From Botryllus schlosseri (lineage: Eukaryota), in the NCBI GenBank assembly GCA_051294905.1, contig CM119377.1, positions 10,230,001 through 10,294,000 on the forward strand: a stretch of DNA of 64,000 nt, read 5' to 3'. Position 1 is the stretch's first letter, and each line of letters starts with the position of its first letter. A program made the translations under genes and the position numbers. Of the stretch, positions 54,129-61,524 are shown piece by piece. The notes under the pieces were generated by a model. It did not search any database. It was given only the letters and a program-made list of their open reading frames with translations, and was not told where the DNA came from.

Positions 54129-54874
54129 CAGGGGTGGGCAATTATTTTCCTCCGCGGGCCAATTGAGAGGTAGAAAATACATTGGCGGGCCGAGTGAAAA
54201 CTTCTAGCTATATTATTTCTAAATTACATTGTTAATAAATACTGCTCGGTGAATGTGTTGTTGTTACGTAAAGAGAAAGTGACGGTTGCTTGCAGTTTTT
54301 TGCTGAAATTCTCCCTCCCTTGACTGAGTGTTTCGTGTCTTTTTCATAAGACTGACTTTAATAAAAGTCCTTAATTTCGACTTCATGCTCGGCAAAAACT
54401 AAAAGGACTGGTTTACCCCTGACTCCAGTATACAAATATTCGGTGCTCTAAACCTTTGAATTTCAGATTTCGGCTTTCTTTTTTTGACATGCCCCTTCAT
54501 CCTTTATGGGTGCGAGTCATATAGTAATCGCGAGCACTGATTGACCTGTTTTACGAATTAGGGATTTGGAACACATACCGTATAATGGGTAATGTGACAA
54601 TGGCCACAAAAAAAGTTTGAAAATATATGTATGGAAAAAGTGATGTCTTGTGACAAAAATTGCCACTCACACTTGGCCATAATTGTCTTTATTTTGAATC
54701 TGGATTACGCACGCGACATACGTAGGCAGCGTAATCGTAACTTAACAGGCTTCAAAGTAAAGGAATCTCCTGTGGTTTCAGTCATTTAAAAAGTAAGTTT
54801 TATGTTTTGGATTCCAAGCAACCTTTCGCGGGCCGCACAGAATAGCTTCGCGGGCCGCACTTTGCCCAGGTCTG
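54129..54874. mobile_element. hAT/Charlie-type MITE (746 bp)
   Basis: TIR CAGGGGTGGGCAA / TTGCCCAGGTCTG with GCGGGCC subterminal repeats. Perfect TSD cagtagag (54121-54128, 54875-54882). Confidence 0.9.
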
Positions 54875-54998
54875 CAGTAGAGTATCTACTACTGTGCACA
54901 TCGTCAAAAACATTTAATTGAACAGTGGGAGGTAGAAAAACAGAAACTGGAAATATAATTTTGCATACTGTAAGGAAGGATTCTCGCATTGGATGCAG

Positions 54999-56591
54999 TC
55001 AGTCTGCCAAGACGAACGCAGGAAGCAGCGCTCCGTCTTCACCCAAAACGGCATCGAAATTTTGTAAAACATGCGCAAATTCCTGTGACGGCACGTCGCC
55101 TTTTTCACGCTTTACCATCCATTCGATTAAAGGTAGATAACAATCGCTCACACGCTTTACGAGTTCCTTTTCAACGATCAGACACTGGTGGGCCATCTTT
55201 TCTTCATAGAATTTCCTCACGGATCTAGCCGATTTGTAATAAATAGTTTCAACAGGTGACGGCGCATCGTCAAACAAGCCCTCGAGATCGCGACAGTTTG
55301 CACGAAGCGGAAGTTCATTTTGAAAACCTACACCAAGTTCGCTGTGGAACTTTACCGGCACAGCTTTTACTGTTTCAGTATATTTACGCTCAACGCTATT
55401 CAGTAATTCCTGCACCATATCCAGCATAACCGACTTATAATAATCAGAGATATGCCGCTTTTTCGACGGTAAACTTGACGATAGCTGCAATTCACTGTCC
55501 AGTAGGTTTATTGCTCTGGTGCAAATCCTCAAGCATTCGCTGGTCTCCCGCGTTAAGGCCTCCTTTGAGCGTGTGCGCGCGTAACTTGAGTCGCACCCCG
55601 ATTTTTTACATAGCCTCTCAAAAAACATAGTCTCTTCGGCGCAATATGAATCTTTCCAGGACAGGGAAAGTTGATCCCTAACCTCGGCGTAGGTGGACAA
55701 GAGCTTTTTTGTCCGCGGTGGCAGTTTGATGTGAGGTTTAACTTCGGTAAACTGTACCTTGACTTTGTCCGAGTCGAAAACAATCGTCTTACCGTCTCCA
55801 TTCTCTCGAGAATCCGGACTTGGAGGGCTATCTCCCGGAATATGCACACCGTTAGATTGGGGCTGATACGAGGATTCAGCCGGACCAATGTGGGGGGTAG
55901 TCGTCATAGCTTTCGTAGTACATGCCAGGTTATTGCGCGTGTGAGCTGCGGAAAGACTTTTAACACGCTTTGATTTATGCGTTGATTTCTCGATTCCTTT
56001 CGGAACCTTGGTATGCGCTGAATGTGATTTTGTGCAATTTGGTTTAGTAGTTCCCGAGACTTGGGCTGTCGGTACTAAACGTTTGGATTTGTTGTCTGCG
56101 ACTCTAGGTTGCGATTCCAGATATTGAATCGTTGACTTTTTCTTCCTAATCGGTTTGTCGTTGGTTTCATGCAAAAGCTTTGCCTTTCGCAGGACGTCGT
56201 TAATGCTATCCAATTCTTTGTCTAGTTTTGATAGGTTGTTCTGTCTCACTTCATCTTTTTGCTTCTGGAGAAAGGATTCTTGATATGACTTCTGAACTGC
56301 GTCTGGCGCTTGCGATAGGAGCCACGGTCTCTTGATTTCATCTGGAAAAATGAAACACAACTCATCACTTTATCCAGAGCAAGCCCAAGTCAAGAGCAGA
56401 ATGTTGTGCAGAGCATTTGCATGGCCATGCGAGATGTACAGAATTATCACAAACCACTAATACTGTAGGCTATACAACATATTTATAGTGATATTACTTA
56501 ACAGATGCAGGTGATGTTCGTTATCATGCAGCAGTTTCTCATATTCCCCAATCACAGAATCGATCCATTGCTGTACTGGCTCCAATTCCAT
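54999..56591 (-). CDS. TEDC2: Probable tubulin epsilon and delta complex protein 2 (C16orf59-like), 2 coding exons, about 478 aa
   Basis: Exons 56498-56591 (MELEPVQQWIDSVIGEYEKLLHDNEHHLHLL) and 54999-56341, joined by a phase-1 156-nt GT-AG intron. By-eye similarity to human TEDC2 blocks in the same order: KELDSINDVLRKA ~ KELEFLTQALEKA; IKLPPRTKKLLSTYAEVRDQL ~ LRLPAAFRKAASQNSSLWAQL; C-terminal LGEDGALLPAFVLAD ~ LCEGGARVLTILRDE. Orthology needs an HMM check. Confidence 0.6.
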
Positions 56592-57090
56592 GAATGTGTA
56601 GAAAATAATTCAATATACTATCTTCCTGCTGTATAAAAAAATATTGTTGCTGGTCGAGCGCATACAAGGACAAGAAGAGTGGTGGAAAAATGTCACAGTA
56701 ACCTAGACATAAAATGACTATGGATAGCAACAACCATCAATGTGGCACAATTCTGTCCAGGCGTAGTCTACACTTTTCGACAATCACACATGCAGAAAAA
56801 TCGGTATTTGAAATATAAGAAGTTCATCATCTTATCAGTCACATCGTGGAATCAGATATATCGATGATCTCACCAATTTACCTAGACATGGAGATTTTTT
56901 AAGGTACTTAATTGCACTCAAGCCATTAAAAACTAACATGCCTAGACTCATGATGATATCTGAGAATTATAACTTTTAAATACGTGATCTAGAAAACGAC
57001 TACCATCAAGTACTCGGCAGCTTTCTCAGAACCTAGAACAAGAAAATATTACAAAACAAACAATCGGAGTATGGCGCCAAGAATATGATA

Positions 57091-58095
57091 TTATCCTCTG
57101 TTCATTCTGTTACCATCTCCCCTACGATGAGTATCTTTAAAATCATCGAAAGCTCTTTGCTTCATCAATGCTTCCTCATCATCTTCATCTTCACTTTTCT
57201 CTTCATGACCAGCCCCGCCGTTAGCGCCTTGAACACCCTGGTCTGGCAATGACCCAGCCGCCGCATGGGAGTCGTACCACTCTTCCACAGTCATAGATGG
57301 TAAGCTTGGATATCCTGCTCCAAAAACTGATGACTGAGCTTTGTCACGTGTTAGAATGAAATTCTTAGGTTCTGAGGATTTATTCTGGTTTTGTGGAGGT
57401 TGCGGAGGGTTAGCTTTGTCAGGAAGACTGTTCCAGAACTGCAAAATCTCTTTTTCTTGTGCTATGGACTCCATGCTTTCAGCCGACTTGTATATCCATT
57501 TCTCAATCACGGAAAACCAATAACTTCGTACTGTCTCATCGTCGGTTGATTCCATGTCTTCATCATCGCTTCCGATGATTGTTTTCAAGTGAGCGAGTCT
57601 TTCTTGGAGCTCTTTCTCCCGTTTAAACTTTGCGATTTTTGCTTCTCTCTTGGCATTCAACGCAGTCAAATCTCGGCCGGTTGTTATTTTCGCGTGATCG
57701 CCCCCTTCCAAAACGCCCTCGATGTAATTATTTGCGCCGATGTCATAGTCTTTACACCTTTCCAAAAATTGTATTAGAAACCCTTCCGCGGACTGGAGCA
57801 TTTCTCTTCTGTGTTTGCGTTCTGTATGAATTAACAAAGTCAAGTCTGCGCAAATAGCTGGCGTGAGGAGGTATTTCAAATTAGAAGAAGTTATCTCGGA
57901 AGAATCTTCATTGGTGCTGAACAGCTTCAATTGATCGATCCGTTGAGTCACGATTTCAAGAAGTTTCAGAGTCGATTTGATTTGCGTTTGCACCGAATCT
58001 GACATTGTTGGTTCGGTACTCTGTTCAACCTTTGAATGAACGGTCAAGGCTTCAAAGAAGAGCTTCGACAATGGTTTTTGTTCCATCGTTTCCAT
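57091..58095 (-). CDS. IGBP1: Immunoglobulin-binding protein 1 / alpha4 / TAP42 (PP2A-family regulator), single exon, 334 aa
   Basis: LFSTNED..EITSSNLKYLL, REAKIAKFKREKEL, FILTRDKAQSSVFGAGYPSLPSMTVEEWY, DDFKDTHRRGDGNRMNRG match the TAP42 family. ATG is in strong context (ATCATGG). Confidence 0.97.
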   Translation of the reverse strand: METMEQKPLSKLFFEALTVHSKVEQSTEPTMSDSVQTQIKSTLKLLEIVTQRIDQLKLFSTNEDSSEITSSNLKYLLTPAICADLTLLIHTERKHRREMLQSAEGFLIQFLERCKDYDIGANNYIEGVLEGGDHAKITTGRDLTALNAKREAKIAKFKREKELQERLAHLKTIIGSDDEDMESTDDETVRSYWFSVIEKWIYKSAESMESIAQEKEILQFWNSLPDKANPPQPPQNQNKSSEPKNFILTRDKAQSSVFGAGYPSLPSMTVEEWYDSHAAAGSLPDQGVQGANGGAGHEEKSEDEDDEEALMKQRAFDDFKDTHRRGDGNRMNRG

Positions 58096-58104
58096 GATGA
58101 GGAA

Positions 58105-58659
58105 TCAGTATTCACACCAGTTGGATTTATCTGCGGGTGTAAGATCGCCGGTCAATAGCAATATAATGTCTGTAAACCACCAAACTCCAAGTCCACCAAG
58201 AGTCAAAAATTTTGCAACTCCAACACCAGTTTGACCCAAGCAGAACCTATCAACTCCTAGACACCCAAGAAATACCGAATACAATAATGTACTAATAAAG
58301 CAATAACCCGTGTACTTTAAGCAAGGTATACCGGACTTCTTAAAAGTGCGGTTTCCAGCACAGTCAATTGATTCGTCAAGTACGTGACAGTAAACCGTTG
58401 TAGTCTTCACTTCAGAATATTTTTGATAACCGAAATCTTCTGGCGCGCAGCCGATTCCTTCGTCGGCTTCGGAGCTGTTTATCGGTTTATGTAGTGAATC
58501 GCAGATGATGAATTCGTCGGGCAAGAGATTGCACTGAATAAGCGGCGACCATGGATCAATTTCTTGATTTTCCTGCTCCAGAGAATAAGACACTAAGACT
58601 GAGATTGCGAGAGAGAGTGCCGATATTACCACGCTCCAATACTGCATCGTAGACTGCAT
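58105..58659 (-). CDS. TM2D2: TM2 domain-containing protein 2, single exon, 184 aa
   Basis: Signal peptide, DPWSPLIQCNLLPDEFIIC, and TM2 domain TLLYSVFLGCLGVDRFCLG..KFLTLGGLGVWWFTDIILLLTG..NWCEY match TM2D2 specifically. First ATG is 58659; the ORF track start at 58662 is TTG. Confidence 0.95.
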   Translation of the reverse strand: MQSTMQYWSVVISALSLAISVLVSYSLEQENQEIDPWSPLIQCNLLPDEFIICDSLHKPINSSEADEGIGCAPEDFGYQKYSEVKTTTVYCHVLDESIDCAGNRTFKKSGIPCLKYTGYCFISTLLYSVFLGCLGVDRFCLGQTGVGVAKFLTLGGLGVWWFTDIILLLTGDLTPADKSNWCEY

Positions 58660-58690
58660 CAAAATAACAACGGGCGAAGTTGATTAGCAT
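58556..58690 (-). other. Out-of-frame uORF (44 aa) overlapping both TM2D2 start codons
   Basis: ATG at 58690 (weak context TCCATGC) and TGA at 58558-58556. A 21-aa ORF (58552-58487) follows 3 nt later in the same frame. Presence in the mRNA depends on the 5' end. Confidence 0.4.
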
Positions 58691-59075
58691 GGATTTGGAT
58701 TTGGATTAGATAAAACCGGATTTTATGATTTTGGCCGGAGCTGAAGAGGATTTAGCATACTGTGATTTTCAGGAAGAAACTAAATAGTTTTATACACAGA
58801 AAAGATTTTATTCATATTGAGGTGATTTGTATAATGATTCATTGACCATGGAAAACTAATTATCGGATAGATGCGAAATACGGGACTAGATTCTAGATTC
58901 TCTAGTCTCTTCGTTAATAGATGAAAATTCTTAGTAAATCTGAACTGAACTGAAGATATAGTCATCATAATCATATAGGTGGCGATCAATACCAGTGACG
59001 TAAGGTCAGGGAGGAAAAAAAAACAACGATGATGTGAGGCAGTCGTCAGGATGAGTAAAGGAAAATTGTGAAAAC

Positions 59076-59159
59076 CTTCCTGTCTTTTCATTGTATCGCA
59101 TTCTTGTGGTGTATTGAACTGATGAAAATTGCTAATAAACCAATGATGATGATGATGAT
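59076..59159 (+). mobile_element. Extreme 3' end (about 85 bp) of the same CR1-group LINE
   Basis: cttcctgtcttttcattgtatcgca...gctaataaaccaatgatgatgatgatga is the reverse complement of ~2605-2690. Confidence 0.85.
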
Positions 59160-59694
59160 TTTCCGTCGATGGTCATGAATAACCAAATTTGAAGATTTTT
59201 CCATTCAACATCACTAATCACTAAAGGAGAGGTGAAGCACAGACGAGTCATCGTTCCCCACCTGCGATTAAGCAATTCCAGGGATATCTTGATCTAGATA
59301 TCCCTAAAGAATTCTTCATAAACAGCAGCTCATAATTTCTATATAGCCGTTACTGCTAACTGGTTTGCAGAGCGCAAAATTTGACTAAATTGGTATCAAT
59401 CGAAAGCTACCACGGTACCTCGGTAATTGCGAAAATATGAATTTTATTCTGCTCGTGGTCCTGAGTGTTCCTGAAAGTGTGCTCGGAGAACGCCTAAACG
59501 TCTTCTTTTTAGGAATTTGTCCTCTTTTCCCACAAAAACTGTTGAAATGCGATCAAAAACTGGACTCCAGTGCAGCGAACGACAGGGTCGGCAAGATAAT
59601 TTACAAACGAAAAATACGTCCCTATGGGTATTTTTGGAGTCGAGTCAATAAAATGAACTTTTCTTGTCAATTAAACTAGAAATCGCCAATTCTA

Positions 59695-60537
59695 TATGTA
59701 TCAGTTACACTGCGGTCGTTGCCCCGAATATTTCAATGCTGACTTTTTTACCTCTGAATTAAAAGCGCACGAGTAGGCCTACAAACACACCCGCGTCCAC
59801 GTCGTCCAAACATCAGTGTTGGGATGACTCGAGTCAACTTTTTGGTATGACTTGACTTGACTCGAGTCACTTTGGTAAATGACTTGACTTGACTTGACTC
59901 GGCGTATCAAAAATATGGATTGACTCGTGACTCGGAGCAAAATTCACGAGTCAATTTCAAGTCATCAAGCATTCGGTGACGATAAAAATCACTGTATCTT
60001 GCATGTTCGGATTGTTCGTCAAACGCTGGCGTAACTCGTGAGAGCGACCAATCATTCAATGATCGTGTGTTTTACTGAGCCTACATTATTCTCCAACAAA
60101 TATATTGACCACAAACGAAGCGATCGAAGCTTAATTACAGCTTACGTTGTCGTAAACTAGTAGTCAAGTAGTTTAATACCAAAATATCTCTTGCTGTTCT
60201 CTGTTCTTACCTTAACCGAACCTTTTATTTTATTTTGAAATTAAAATCGAATAGAGTTTATATATTCCTCAACCATTGGCGCAGACACGAATTGTATCAT
60301 ATCAATATGTATAAATGGGTAATTTGCATCTTATCAATTCGTTTCTTTATTATTTATTTTGGCTGGTAACTATTAACTGAAGCTATGCAATTACTTACGC
60401 AGTTTAGCAGTTCTACGCATATGTAAGCGATACAGCCCCTTGTGACTCGAAGGTAGTGACTTGATCCCAACACTGCCAAACATCATATATGATCGACCGA
60501 AAAGATCATCACTCCATCAATTATGCCTGATGTGTGG
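59695..60537 (+). mobile_element. Internal fragment of the same LINE, split by a hAT MITE
   Basis: 59695-59813 and 60476-60537 are contiguous pieces of the LINE (reverse complement of ~2965-3130). Confidence 0.85.
59814..60475. mobile_element. hAT-type MITE (662 bp) with GACTTGACTCGAGTC subterminal repeats
   Basis: TIR CAGTGTTGGGAT / ATCCCAACACTG. Perfect TSD ccaaacat (59806-59813, 60476-60483). Confidence 0.9.
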
Positions 60538-60540
60538 TAT

Positions 60541-61330
60541 TTCGCAAGCTCTTTCCGATGATGTGTCCATTGTCGGAATTGTAAGTCAGGCACAATCTCA
60601 AAAACCCGCCCGGAATTTGGCATTTGCCGTTCATTGAAATTGATGCCGACGCAATGCCCGGCAGCGCAATGTAATGCATCTTTGGCACTCGAATTTGTAC
60701 TTAACCAGGACGAAGTTGAAAATGAAAATGGATTTTTATTCAAGTACTTTGCAAGCTCTTTCCGATGATGTGTCCATTGTCGGAATTGTATATGTCAGGT
60801 ACAATCTTAAAAACCCGCCTGAATTTTGGCATTTGCCGTTCATTGAAATTGATGCCGACGCAATGCCCGGCAGCGCAATGTAATGCATCTTTGGCACTCG
60901 AATTTGTACTTAACCAGGACGATGTTGAAAATGAAAATGGATTTTTATTAAAGTACTTTGCAAGCTCTTTCCGGTGATGTGTCCATTGTAGGAATTGTAA
61001 GTCAGGTACAATCTCAAAAACCCGCCCGGAATTTGGCATTTGCCGTACATTGAAATTGATGCCGAGGCAATGTCCGATAGCGCAATGTAATGCATCATTG
61101 ATACTCGTATTTGTAATGAACCAGGACGAAGTTGAAAATGAAAATGGAATTTTATTTAAGTACTTTGCAAGCTCTTTCCGATGATGTGTCCATTGTCGGA
61201 ATTGTATGTCAGGTACACTCTCAAATCCAGCCTGAAAATAGACATTTGCTGTACATCGGCAGTTCGGTACTTAAGCAAATTGCCGAGAGCGAAATGCTAA
61301 TCGTATTTAAAATTAAGCAGGACGAAATGC
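60541..61330. repeat. About 207-bp tandem repeat, 3 full plus 1 partial/diverged copy
   Basis: gcaagctc anchors at 60544, 60751, 60960 and 61167 (periods 207, 209, 207). Confidence 0.9.
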
Positions 61331-61524
61331 ATCCCTAAATACAGAACTTTGCATGCACGAATGTGTATTTGGTGAAAATCGGAATATTTCGACACGGGAT
61401 AGATCCGTTTTAATCGAGCAATCGGTGATTCGTCAAGTTGAGGGTTAATATTCCGTCTTGTCAAAAATCGTGTTTCACATGATCACAAAGATTTCGCCGA
61501 AATTTCGAGGAAGGTTGGTTCGAT

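Noticed and set aside
58096-58107. In-frame stop-codon readthrough producing a TM2D2-IGBP1 fusion (the 9-nt gap is in frame)
   Set aside because: TGA-TTC is not the leaky TGA-CTA context. Both proteins are complete by homology. Predicted TM2D topology would put the cytosolic PP2A regulator on the luminal side.
59280-59305. Helitron 3' hairpin (AGGGATATCT-6nt-AGATATCCCT; related hairpin at ~53745-53773)
   Set aside because: No CTRR terminus at the expected distance on either strand. Probably part of another small repeat family.
60483-61338. 207-bp repeat as a 69-aa coding repeat
   Set aside because: One period is 209 bp, ORFs are short and occur on both strands, and there are no splice signals or recognisable domain.
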